A model generated the notes under the pieces. That model was not told where the DNA came from, made no database searches, and saw nothing but the letters and a program-made list of their open reading frames with translations. From the NCBI GenBank assembly GCA_964511645.1, contig CAZEGV010000003.1:2591-66590 (forward strand): a stretch of DNA of 64,000 bases. Direction: 5' to 3'. Shown here piece by piece: positions 47,540 through 56,731 of the stretch (its first letter is position 1; every line of letters starts with the position of its first letter). This DNA is from an uncultured Cytophagales bacterium (GTDB lineage Bacteria > Bacteroidota > Bacteroidia > Cytophagales > JAAEPT01). The translations under genes and the position numbers were made by a program.

Positions 47540-48892
47540 TTAAATTGTTTTGCTAAATTGTTTTTCTTTAATATTGTCACTGTTGTTGAGGTATTGGTCA
47601 AAACTCATGCATATATTACGTACAAAATTTTCTCCAGATTCGGTTACACTTAGTCTGTTATCCGAAAATACAAGTAGGTTATCTTTTTCCATTTCGGCGA
47701 GATCTTGTTTTGCTTGTTTGTATAGGTTTTGCTCAAACTCAGAATCATTGAAGGTAGTTTTATATTGACACATTAATGCTTTAATATGTCTCTGTACTAT
47801 TTTATCAGTATCAGTAAGTTTTGTACCATTAGTAAAGGTGAAATTTCCTTGAGCTATTTTTTTTTGATAAGTGTAAGCATTTTTTTCGTTCTGAACATAT
47901 AAGTCTCTCGTTTCACTAATGCTAGAAGCACCCAGCCCAATTAGCCATTTAGAGTCAGTAGTGGTGTAACCCATAAAGTTTCTGTGCAAATTACCAGATT
48001 GATGAGCCTTAGCTAGAGAGTCATCAGGCAAGGCAAAATGATCCATTCCAATACTTTCGTACCCAATTTGTTCTAAATGTTTTTTTCCTGCGTTAAACAA
48101 GTCCCATTTGCCACTTCCAGTAGGAAGGTCATTTTCTGTAAAAAGGCGTTGAGCATTTTTTTTCCATGGCACATGAGCATAACTGTAAAAGGCAATTCGG
48201 CTAGGTTGTAGCTTTTCTACTAATTTTATCGTGTCTATAATTGAGCTAGTAGTCTGAAACGGCAATCCGTAGATAAGGTCAAAGTTAGTTTCTTTAAAAC
48301 CTAAATCACTGATCCAATTCATCACTTCGACTACAGTTTTATTGGGTTGTAAGCGATTAATCGCTTCTTGTACTTTTTTGTTACTGTCTTGTATTCCTAG
48401 GCTAATTCGGTTTACACCCTTATTACGAAGAGCTTTGAGTTGCTCATAAGAAACCTTCATTGGGTTTACTTCTACACTGATAGTAGCACTATTCAGTATG
48501 TCTGCATTTTTTCCTAAAAACTCAAAAAGTTGTGTTAAATGTTCAGGACTAAAAAAAGTAGGAGTTCCTCCACCAAGATAAATTTCTTGGATTTTAGGAC
48601 GGTCAGGAAAAATGCTTAGGTACATTTCCCATTCTTGTGCTAAAGCATCCAGATAAGGTTTTTCTACATTGTGATTTTTTGTAATGACTTTATTACAAGC
48701 ACAAAATGTACAATATTCTTCACAGAAAGGCAGGTGAAGATAAAGGCTTATGCCTTTTTTGTTGGCACTTAAAAAATTACTTTCTAAATTTGATTTCCAT
48801 TCGTCAATTGATGGTTTTCCATTCCAGTAAGGAACTGTTGGGTAGCTTGTATATCTAGGGCCAGGTACATCGTATTTCTCTAGTAAACTCAT
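47540..48892 (-). CDS. hemN: Oxygen-independent coproporphyrinogen III oxidase (radical SAM)
   Basis: 450 aa with PRYTSYPT, the radical SAM site LHLPFCEEYCTFCACN, and GGGTPTF. Confidence 0.9.
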   Translation of the reverse strand: MSLLEKYDVPGPRYTSYPTVPYWNGKPSIDEWKSNLESNFLSANKKGISLYLHLPFCEEYCTFCACNKVITKNHNVEKPYLDALAQEWEMYLSIFPDRPKIQEIYLGGGTPTFFSPEHLTQLFEFLGKNADILNSATISVEVNPMKVSYEQLKALRNKGVNRISLGIQDSNKKVQEAINRLQPNKTVVEVMNWISDLGFKETNFDLIYGLPFQTTSSIIDTIKLVEKLQPSRIAFYSYAHVPWKKNAQRLFTENDLPTGSGKWDLFNAGKKHLEQIGYESIGMDHFALPDDSLAKAHQSGNLHRNFMGYTTTDSKWLIGLGASSISETRDLYVQNEKNAYTYQKKIAQGNFTFTNGTKLTDTDKIVQRHIKALMCQYKTTFNDSEFEQNLYKQAKQDLAEMEKDNLLVFSDNRLSVTESGENFVRNICMSFDQYLNNSDNIKEKQFSKTI

Positions 48893-48950
48893 ATTACCAA
48901 ACTTGCTTAAACTTGCGGGAATTAAAAAAAGTATAAGTCAATATTAATGA

Positions 48951-48962
48951 TGACTTATATCA
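48951..48962. promoter_or_regulatory. FNR/FixK-type half-palindrome TGAC-N4-ATCA inside nested TGAT/ATCA palindromes, in the hemN/ccoI divergent promoter
   Basis: The box is TGACTTATATCA. It is embedded in TTAATGAT-N7-ATCATTAA (48944-48966) and overlaps ATAAGTCA-N10-TGACTTAT (48933-48958). It lies about 61-64 nt from both ATGs. Confidence 0.3.
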
Positions 48963-49017
48963 TTAAATGATAAATTTTAAAATATCATAATTGTAAAAAA
49001 TAAGAGAAGAATAACTT

Positions 49018-51393
49018 ATGCCGAGTAAATGCTTTCATTGTGGGGATAATTGTGATGTTGAAGAAATTAAATTTGACGAAAAACTTTTTTGTTGTAACGG
49101 TTGTAAGGTTGTGTATGATATTCTAAAATCAAATGATCTTTGTACTTATTATGATTTGGATGCTCAGCCTGGGTTTAAGTATAAGGTAAATGAAGATGTA
49201 AGTAAATTTGACTACTTAGATAATTCAGAGGTTGTTACTGCTTTATGTGACTTTGAAAGTGAAAACCGTGTGCATATTACTTTTTATGCTCCTCAAATGC
49301 ATTGCCATTCTTGTGTCTGGTTATTAGAGAAATTACCTGTTTTGGAACCATCTATTATAAGGTCTTCCGTTCATTTTATAAAAAAAACAATCCATATAGA
49401 ATATAACCCTCAAGAAGTTAAATTGAGCAAAATCGTGACTTTATTAACTCAGTTAGGCTATGAACCAGTGATTCGCTTAGAAAAAAACCTCAGCCAATCA
49501 CAACCTTGGATAGATAAGAAAACAATTGTACAATTAGGAATATCAGGCTTTTGTTTTGGTAATATTATGTTTTTTAGTTTTCCTGAGTATGTGTCAGGAT
49601 TTACCCCTATACCAGAGAAGTTTAGTTATTTTTTTGGTATTGTTAGTTTGTTTCTAGCAACAGTATTATTGTTTGTAGGTGCAAAATATTATTTACGATC
49701 TAGCTTTGATGCTATCAAACATCACAAAATGAATATTAATATCCCTATCTCTTTAGGGATTATTGCTTTATACGGAGTAAGTGCTGTAGAGATTGTCGCT
49801 AAGTTAGGGACTGGTTATTTAGACTCTCTTGCAGGATTTATCTTTTTTCTTTTGTTAGGAAGAGTTTTTCAACAAAAAACGTTTGATCACCTTTCATTTG
49901 AGCGAGACTATAAGTCGTATTTCCCAATGGCTGTCACAAAGGTAAAAGGGGATAAGAATATTTCAACTCCCATAACCCAATTAAAAGTAAAAGATCGCAT
50001 CCAATTAAAAAATGAAGAAATTATCCCTGCTGATGGGGTTTTGTTAAGTGAAAAAGTAGCGATAGATTATAGCTTTGTAACAGGAGAAAGTGATGCTGTA
50101 AAGAGGAAAGTAGGAGAGTTGCTTTATGCAGGAGGTAGAGTGAAAGGAGCTGGAGCACTTGTCGAAATCACAAAAACTCCCGATAAAAGTTATTTAACTA
50201 AATTATGGAATCGGCAGTCTCAAACAGATTCAGTAGCCTCTTTAAGTATATTAAGTGATCGTGTAGCTAGTTATTTTACTTGGATAGTCTTATTAGTTGC
50301 TTTTTTGACGGGAGGGTACTGGCTTTTTATTGATTTAGGAGTAGCGTTAAGAGTATTTACTTCTGTATTGATTGTAGCTTGCCCCTGTGCTTTGGCATTA
50401 GCAATTCCTTTTGCCTATGGTAACATGGTACGCCATTTTGGTAGTATGCATTTTTTTCTGAAAGACATCGCTTATGTAGAAAAACTCACTGAAGTAAATC
50501 TTGTGGTTTTTGATAAAACGGGTACACTAACCACTGCCGAGGAAGGAGGAGTAGAATTTATTGGGGAACCTTTAAGTAAGAAACAGTCTACTTTAATTCA
50601 ATCTCTTGTGAGTTTGAGTAATCACCCGATGAGTGTAAGGATTTCTGATTTTTTACCTCCTAATACTTTACAAGTAAATAGATTTAAAGAGTTAATAGGA
50701 AAAGGATTGACAGGTTTTGTAGAGAAGGATTTCATAAAGGTTGGGTCAGCAGATTTTATAGATGCAGAGATAAAGAATAAAACAGCAGTATATGTCCAAA
50801 TTAATGATTTGGTGTTGGGTTATTTTGACACGAAGTCTATTTTAAGGGAAGGGTTGAAAGAGTTGTTTGAAGAAGTCTCTCAAACTTCTGAAATCGCAAT
50901 CGTATCGGGAGATAGCGAAAAAGATGAAGTATTATTAAAATCTATATCATCTATAAAAATACCTACATATTTTAATCAATCCCCTTTTGATAAGCAAACT
51001 CTTATAGAGTCATGGAGTACTAAAGGCACTCAAGTAATGATGCTTGGAGATGGGTTAAACGATGCGGGAGCTCTTCATGTCAGTGGAATAGGCGTTGCTA
51101 TTACTGATAATTTAGCTCATTTTACACCAGCTTCCGATGCTATTTTACATGGTTCTAAATTAGTATTTTTACCTGCTTTTATAAAAGCTTCCGCCAAAAC
51201 AAAAAGTATAGTAAAACTTTGTTTTGGAATATCTTTTTCATACAATTTAGTAGGATTGTATTATGCCGCCCAAGGACTTCTTTCCCCAGTTTTTTCTGCC
51301 TTATTGATGCCTATATCATCTATTACGGTTGTCTTGGTAGCCATTCTTTTCACCAATCAAATAGCTAAAAACACAAAAAAAGAGATTGATTAA
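49018..51393 (+). CDS. ccoI: Copper-translocating P1B-type ATPase of the CcoI/FixI type
   Basis: 791 aa with an N-terminal Cys-rich domain (CFHCGDNC..CCNGCK), an HMA-like MHCHSCV motif, CPC in the TM region, DKTGTLT and GDGLNDAGAL. Confidence 0.85.
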   Translation: MPSKCFHCGDNCDVEEIKFDEKLFCCNGCKVVYDILKSNDLCTYYDLDAQPGFKYKVNEDVSKFDYLDNSEVVTALCDFESENRVHITFYAPQMHCHSCVWLLEKLPVLEPSIIRSSVHFIKKTIHIEYNPQEVKLSKIVTLLTQLGYEPVIRLEKNLSQSQPWIDKKTIVQLGISGFCFGNIMFFSFPEYVSGFTPIPEKFSYFFGIVSLFLATVLLFVGAKYYLRSSFDAIKHHKMNINIPISLGIIALYGVSAVEIVAKLGTGYLDSLAGFIFFLLLGRVFQQKTFDHLSFERDYKSYFPMAVTKVKGDKNISTPITQLKVKDRIQLKNEEIIPADGVLLSEKVAIDYSFVTGESDAVKRKVGELLYAGGRVKGAGALVEITKTPDKSYLTKLWNRQSQTDSVASLSILSDRVASYFTWIVLLVAFLTGGYWLFIDLGVALRVFTSVLIVACPCALALAIPFAYGNMVRHFGSMHFFLKDIAYVEKLTEVNLVVFDKTGTLTTAEEGGVEFIGEPLSKKQSTLIQSLVSLSNHPMSVRISDFLPPNTLQVNRFKELIGKGLTGFVEKDFIKVGSADFIDAEIKNKTAVYVQINDLVLGYFDTKSILREGLKELFEEVSQTSEIAIVSGDSEKDEVLLKSISSIKIPTYFNQSPFDKQTLIESWSTKGTQVMMLGDGLNDAGALHVSGIGVAITDNLAHFTPASDAILHGSKLVFLPAFIKASAKTKSIVKLCFGISFSYNLVGLYYAAQGLLSPVFSALLMPISSITVVLVAILFTNQIAKNTKKEID

Positions 51394-51426
51394 ATGATAT
51401 GTTTATAGCGAATGTTTTTTTTAAAC

Positions 51427-51438
51427 TGATTTTTATCA
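51427..51438. promoter_or_regulatory. FNR/FixK-type palindrome TGAT-N4-ATCA upstream of ccoS-ccoNO
   Basis: The box is TGATTTTTATCA (14-mer cTGATttttATCAt versus consensus TTGAT-N4-ATCAA). A TATATTTG (TAnnTTTG) -7 box sits at 51484-51491, and the ccoS ATG is at 51510. Confidence 0.4.
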
Positions 51439-51509
51439 TTAATTGTATTGAGTCATATTGTTTTTTTAAACAAGAGATACTTTTATATTTGCTTCAAATT
51501 ACAAAGGTA

Positions 51510-51671
51510 ATGAACATCATATTTGTATTGATAGGAATGAGTATTGGGGTGGCTACGCTATTTTTGGTCGGATTTATTTGGGCAGTAAAAACAGGTCAAT
51601 TTGATGATACACATACACCATCAATTAGAATGTTGTTTGATGACAAACCAATCAAAAATAAAAAAAAGTAA
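51510..51671 (+). CDS. ccoS: cbb3 oxidase maturation protein CcoS
   Basis: From ATG 51510 it reads MNIIFVLIGMSIGVATLFLVGFIWAVKTGQFDD...RMLFDD, a typical CcoS/FixS. The track start at 51399 is probably spurious. Confidence 0.8.
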   Translation: MNIIFVLIGMSIGVATLFLVGFIWAVKTGQFDDTHTPSIRMLFDDKPIKNKKK

Positions 51672-51677
51672 TAACAA

Positions 51678-53813
51678 ATGGCTTTAGAACAATTTGAATA
51701 CGACAATAAGATAGTAAGAAATTTTTCTTACGCTACTATGGTTTGGGGACTTGTAGGAATGCTCGTTGGAGTTATTGCTGCTTTTCAGATATTCATTCCA
51801 GATATGAACTTTGATTTGCCATACACCACATTTGGTAGAGTTAGACCATTACATACAAATGCAGTGATTTTTGCTTTTGTAGGGAATGGTATCTTTACAG
51901 GAGTTTACTATTCATTACAACGTTTGTGTAAAGCAAGGATGTTCAGTGATACCTTAAGTAAGATCCATTTTTGGGGTTGGCAATTAATCATTGTAGCTGC
52001 CGCCGTAACCTTACTGTTAGGTTTTACAACAAGTAAGGAGTACGCAGAGTTAGAATGGCCGATAGATATTGCTATTACTGTTATTTGGGTAGTCTTTGGT
52101 TGGAACATGATGGGGACAATCATTAAACGTAGAGAAAGGCATTTATATGTCGGTATATGGTTTTACATAGCAACGTTTGTCACAGTCGCTATTTTACACC
52201 TTGTCAACTCATTTGAGATTCCTGTTACAATGTTCAAAAGTTACTCATGGTACGCAGGTGTTCAAGATGCACTTGTACAATGGTGGTATGGGCATAATGC
52301 GGTGGCCTTTTTCTTAACAACTCCTTATTTAGGTTTAATGTATTATTTCATTCCTAAAGTAGCCAATAGACCTGTTTATTCTTACAGACTATCAATTGTT
52401 CATTTTTGGGCTTTAATCTTTATTTATATTTGGGCAGGTCCTCATCATTTACTTTATTCGGCATTACCTGACTGGGCTCAGTCATTGAGTGTCGCCTTTT
52501 CTATTATGTTGATTGCACCATCTTGGGGCGGTATGATTAACGGTCTTTTGACATTGAGAGGTGGTTGGGATGATGTGAAAGAAAACCCAGTACTGAAGTT
52601 TATGGTAGTAGCAATAACCGCTTATGGGATGGCTACTTTTGAAGGTCCTGTATTATCTCTTAAGAATGTAAATGCAATTGCTCATTATACTGATTGGATT
52701 GTTGCTCACGTTCACTTAGGTGCTCTTGGGTGGAATGGGTTCTTGACATTTGGTATGTTATACTGGTTAATCCCTAGGATTTTTCAAACAAAACTACATA
52801 GTATCAAAATGGCTAACACCCACTTTTGGATTGGTACATTAGGTATTTTGATGTACGCTTTACCAATGTATTGGGCAGGATTTGCTCAAGGATTTATGTG
52901 GAAACAATTTACAGCAGAAGGGCAATTAGAATATGGTTTCTTAGAAACTGTAACCAACCTGATTCCAATGTATGCAATGAGAGGTGTTGGTGGACTTCTT
53001 TTCTTAACTGGGGCTATCATGATGGTGGTTAATCTATATAAAACGATTAAATCAGGAACTTTATTAGCTAATGAAGCCGCGGAAGCACCTAAACTAGAAA
53101 AAGTAAAAGGAAGGTTTGCAGGTGAGCATTGGCATGCTAGAATTGAGCGTAAACCAGTATTGTTATTGATATTAGCTACCGTAGCTATTTTGGTAGGAAC
53201 AATTATTGAATTTGTACCAACATTCTTAGTAGAGTCTAATGTGCCTACAATCGCTAGTGTAAAACCATACACACCGTTAGAACTACAAGGAAGAGACTTG
53301 TACATAAGAGAAGGGTGTAATAATTGCCACTCTCAAATGATTCGTCCTTTCCGTTCTGAAACTGAAAGATACGGTGAGTACAGTAAAGCTGGAGAATTTG
53401 TTTATGATCATCCATTCTTGTGGGGATCTAAGCGAACTGGACCAGATTTACACAGAGAAGGAGGTAAGAAATCAAACTCATGGCATTATCAACACATGAT
53501 GGACCCTACCAATACTTCACCAGGTTCTATTATGCCACGTTACCCATGGTTTATCGAAGATAAATTGGATAACTCAAGTCTTAAAGCTAAGATTTCTGCA
53601 ATGCGCACAATTGGAGTTCCTTACGCAGAAGGATTTGAAGATATCTGCTTAGATGATTTAAAAACTCAAGCAACTGAAATTGCAGCAGCAACATCTAAAG
53701 AATTGCAAGATATGGCAAAAGATAAAAGCATAGTTGTGTCGGCAGATAGAGAAATAATAGCATTAATTGCTTACTTGCAACGTCTAGGAACAGATATATC
53801 AGCATCTAAATAA
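51678..53813 (+). CDS. ccoN: cbb3-type cytochrome c oxidase, fused subunits I and II (CcoN-CcoO)
   Basis: 711 aa. The heme-copper oxidase subunit I core carries His ligands (..HFWALIF.., AHVHLGALGW). The C-terminal CcoO part has the CNNCHS heme-c site. Confidence 0.95.
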   Translation: MALEQFEYDNKIVRNFSYATMVWGLVGMLVGVIAAFQIFIPDMNFDLPYTTFGRVRPLHTNAVIFAFVGNGIFTGVYYSLQRLCKARMFSDTLSKIHFWGWQLIIVAAAVTLLLGFTTSKEYAELEWPIDIAITVIWVVFGWNMMGTIIKRRERHLYVGIWFYIATFVTVAILHLVNSFEIPVTMFKSYSWYAGVQDALVQWWYGHNAVAFFLTTPYLGLMYYFIPKVANRPVYSYRLSIVHFWALIFIYIWAGPHHLLYSALPDWAQSLSVAFSIMLIAPSWGGMINGLLTLRGGWDDVKENPVLKFMVVAITAYGMATFEGPVLSLKNVNAIAHYTDWIVAHVHLGALGWNGFLTFGMLYWLIPRIFQTKLHSIKMANTHFWIGTLGILMYALPMYWAGFAQGFMWKQFTAEGQLEYGFLETVTNLIPMYAMRGVGGLLFLTGAIMMVVNLYKTIKSGTLLANEAAEAPKLEKVKGRFAGEHWHARIERKPVLLLILATVAILVGTIIEFVPTFLVESNVPTIASVKPYTPLELQGRDLYIREGCNNCHSQMIRPFRSETERYGEYSKAGEFVYDHPFLWGSKRTGPDLHREGGKKSNSWHYQHMMDPTNTSPGSIMPRYPWFIEDKLDNSSLKAKISAMRTIGVPYAEGFEDICLDDLKTQATEIAAATSKELQDMAKDKSIVVSADREIIALIAYLQRLGTDISASK

Positions 53814-53819
53814 TTTGTT

Positions 53820-54014
53820 ATGTATAAAGATATTTTACAATCGGTAGAAGGAATTGATATTTATCCTATTATCTCTTTGGTGATATTTGTGATATTCTTC
53901 GTCGCTATATTTCTGTATGTATTTATAATAAAAGAAGAAACAGTAGAACAGTTAAAAAATATCCCTTTAGAATTATCTAAAAATGAAATTAATAAAGAAG
54001 TACATCATGGATAA
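53820..54014 (+). CDS. ccoQ: CcoQ/FixQ-like small membrane subunit
   Basis: 64 aa with a single TM helix (IYPIISLVIFVIFFVAIFLYVFII). It sits between ccoNO and ccoP. Confidence 0.6.
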   Translation: MYKDILQSVEGIDIYPIISLVIFVIFFVAIFLYVFIIKEETVEQLKNIPLELSKNEINKEVHHG

Positions 54015-54825
54015 ACTATTAAAAAAATATTCGGTTTTAGTACTGATGTTATTAGCAACATCAAGCACTACTTTTGCAACAGAAGGTACAAAAGAAAGTT
54101 ATTCCTTTACGAGTAATGATGCTCTGCTAAGCTTTGGGGTCTTTGTATTCTTTATTGTGTTCTTAGGTCTTTTATTTTTAGTGATAGGTTTTGGAAGGTA
54201 TGTACGCAAAACATTAATAGAAGCCGGTCAGAAACCTTCTTGGTTAGTAAACCTATTTGGAATATTTGACGGAGACTTACAATTATTCACTGGAGAGGAT
54301 AGCGATGTTTTACTTGAGGCACATGATTATGATGGTATTCAAGAATATGATAATGACTTACCACCTTGGTGGAAACAAATGTTTTACCTAACTATTGTTT
54401 TTGGAATAGCATATATGGCTTATTATCATGTGTTTGACGGACCTTCTTCGGCAGATGAATACGATGCAGAAGTTGCCGCAGCACAATTACTATATGCAGA
54501 TGTTGACATGACTTACGATAAAATAACTGAAGATAACGCAGCCTTAGAAACAGCAAAAGTTTCGTTTTCTCAAACTTGTGTAGCTTGTCATGGTAAAGAA
54601 TTAGGCGGTGGGTTGGGACCTAACTTGACTGATAAATACTGGATATACGGAGGTGATGTAAATGATGTTTATAAAACTATTAAGTATGGTGCTAAAAAAG
54701 GAATGGCCGCATGGAAAAGTAAATTTAGTAACAAAGAGATTTACGAATTAGCTTCTTATGTTTTAACCTTACAAGGGACTAAACCAGTTAACGCAAAAGA
54801 CCCAGAAGGAGAACTTCAAAAATAA
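54007..54825 (+). CDS. ccoP: cbb3-type oxidase subunit III (CcoP), apparently mono-heme
   Basis: Start set at ATG 54007 (MDKLLKKYSVL.., a signal/TM segment). It has the CcoP N-terminal motif HDYDGIQEYDNDLPPWW and a single CVACHG site. It overlaps ccoQ by 8 nt. Confidence 0.85.
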   Translation: MDKLLKKYSVLVLMLLATSSTTFATEGTKESYSFTSNDALLSFGVFVFFIVFLGLLFLVIGFGRYVRKTLIEAGQKPSWLVNLFGIFDGDLQLFTGEDSDVLLEAHDYDGIQEYDNDLPPWWKQMFYLTIVFGIAYMAYYHVFDGPSSADEYDAEVAAAQLLYADVDMTYDKITEDNAALETAKVSFSQTCVACHGKELGGGLGPNLTDKYWIYGGDVNDVYKTIKYGAKKGMAAWKSKFSNKEIYELASYVLTLQGTKPVNAKDPEGELQK

Positions 54826-54841
54826 TAACAGAGAAGACTAA

Positions 54842-56269
54842 ATGGCAGAAGAAAAAAAGGATAGTTTACTCTTACCAGATATAACTAAAGAAGAAGGATT
54901 TAGGCAAAGAATATCTACGGTAGGTGAAGACGGAGACCGCAAATGGATTTTTCCAAAAAAACCATTTGGTAAGTTCCATAATGCGAGAGTGTTTGTTACT
55001 ATCTTTCAGTTGGCAGTGCTTTTTGGAATGCCGTTTGTGAGAGTAAATGGAGAGCCTTTAATTTTGCTAAATGTAATTGAACGTAAGTTTATTTTATTCG
55101 GTATTACTTTTTGGCCCCAAGACTTTTTTATTCTCGCCCTCTTATTTATTGTGAGTATAGTCTTTATTGTGCTGTTCACAGTGCTGTTTGGACGTATATT
55201 TTGTGGTTGGGTTTGCCCTCAGACTGTTTTTATGGAAATGGTGTTTCGTAAAATTGAGTACTGGATAGAAGGAGATTTTAATAAACAAAAAGCACTAGCC
55301 AAAGCACCTTGGACAAAAGAGAAGATGTTCAAAAAAGGATTGAAGCACATTGTTTTCTTTGCGATAGCAGTCTTGATTGCTAATGTCACTTTAGCCTATA
55401 TTATTGGTACAGACGAACTCTTTACACTAATCTTGTCACCTATCTCAGAGCATGCTTTAGGATTTGTTTTAATGATTGTTTTTAGTGCTGTTTTTTATTG
55501 GATATTTGGTTGGTTTAGGGAGCAGGTTTGTTTGATTGCCTGCCCTTACGGTAGACTTCAGGGAGTAATGCTCAATAATGATAGTGTAGTAGTGGCTTAT
55601 GACTATGTAAGAGGAGAGCCTAGAGGGAAATTAAAGAAAAATCAAGAGACAAACAATGGAGATTGTGTAACATGTAATCTTTGTGTACACGTATGCCCTA
55701 CGGGGATTGACATCAGAAACGGTACTCAGCTAGAGTGCGTCAATTGCACAGCCTGTATAGATGTTTGTGACCATGTGATGGATAAAGTTGATAAACCAAA
55801 AGGTTTAATTAGGTACGCATCCGAAAATAATATAAAAAACGGTACTAAATTCAAGTTTGACGGAAGAGTCAAAATATACTCAGCGATATTATTGTTATTA
55901 GTAGCAGGAATAGTAGTCTTGCTATCAACAAGAGAAGATGTTCAAGCTACCATTTTGAGAAGTGGAGGCTCTATGTTTAAAAAAGAAGACAACGGTAACT
56001 ATTCCAATGTATACGAAGCCAGTTTGATTAATAAGACTGCTGACACAATACACCTATCTATCAAAATAGAAAACAAACAAGGAATTATAAACCTATTGAA
56101 TCATGAATGGACAGCACCACCACAATCAATCATCAAGCGAGTAATAATCCTTGAGTTACCTAAAGTAGAGTTAGAAGGAATGTCTACAAAACTGAAACTA
56201 GGTATTTATGATGACAAAGGAGAACTACTAACAACAACCAAGACCAAGTTTTTAGGACCAATTCATTAA
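54842..56269 (+). CDS. ccoG: Cytochrome c oxidase accessory protein CcoG (4Fe-4S ferredoxin-type)
   Basis: 475 aa with FCGWVCPQT, CPYGRLQ, CVTCNLCVHVCPTGIDIR and CVNCTACIDVC. Confidence 0.9.
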   Translation: MAEEKKDSLLLPDITKEEGFRQRISTVGEDGDRKWIFPKKPFGKFHNARVFVTIFQLAVLFGMPFVRVNGEPLILLNVIERKFILFGITFWPQDFFILALLFIVSIVFIVLFTVLFGRIFCGWVCPQTVFMEMVFRKIEYWIEGDFNKQKALAKAPWTKEKMFKKGLKHIVFFAIAVLIANVTLAYIIGTDELFTLILSPISEHALGFVLMIVFSAVFYWIFGWFREQVCLIACPYGRLQGVMLNNDSVVVAYDYVRGEPRGKLKKNQETNNGDCVTCNLCVHVCPTGIDIRNGTQLECVNCTACIDVCDHVMDKVDKPKGLIRYASENNIKNGTKFKFDGRVKIYSAILLLLVAGIVVLLSTREDVQATILRSGGSMFKKEDNGNYSNVYEASLINKTADTIHLSIKIENKQGIINLLNHEWTAPPQSIIKRVIILELPKVELEGMSTKLKLGIYDDKGELLTTTKTKFLGPIH

Positions 56270-56275
56270 TAAGAC

Positions 56276-56731
56276 ATGACAAACGAAAAGAAAAGCTTAA
56301 TTCCATACTTTATAATTACCGCCTTTGTATTATTTATGATGTTTATTGGGCAATTTATTTACCGCAGTATTAACTTACCTGTTAACCTAGTCAGTGACGA
56401 TTATTATGAGAAAGAGCTAAAATACCAAGACCATATTGATATGGTGAAAAGATCTACCGAGTTAAATAAAAAAATAAAAATATCATACCTTCAACAGCAA
56501 GTAATTGTTCAAATTAAATTCCCTGAAAACATAAAAATAGAAAAAGGAATAGTTCATTTTTACCGTGCAGACGACAGTAGATTGGATCAAAAAATCGCAT
56601 TAAAAAACGATAAGAAAAACACAACATCAATTTCTAGTGAAAATTTAAAAAAAGGACCTTGGATAGTAAAACTATTTTACCAAATACAATCCGTCAACTA
56701 CTTTTTAGAACAGAAAATTTGGATAAAATGA
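56276..56731 (+). CDS. FixH/CcoH-family protein
   Basis: 151 aa with an N-terminal TM helix followed by a small beta-rich domain. Its position after ccoG is the canonical one. Confidence 0.7.
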   Translation: MTNEKKSLIPYFIITAFVLFMMFIGQFIYRSINLPVNLVSDDYYEKELKYQDHIDMVKRSTELNKKIKISYLQQQVIVQIKFPENIKIEKGIVHFYRADDSRLDQKIALKNDKKNTTSISSENLKKGPWIVKLFYQIQSVNYFLEQKIWIK

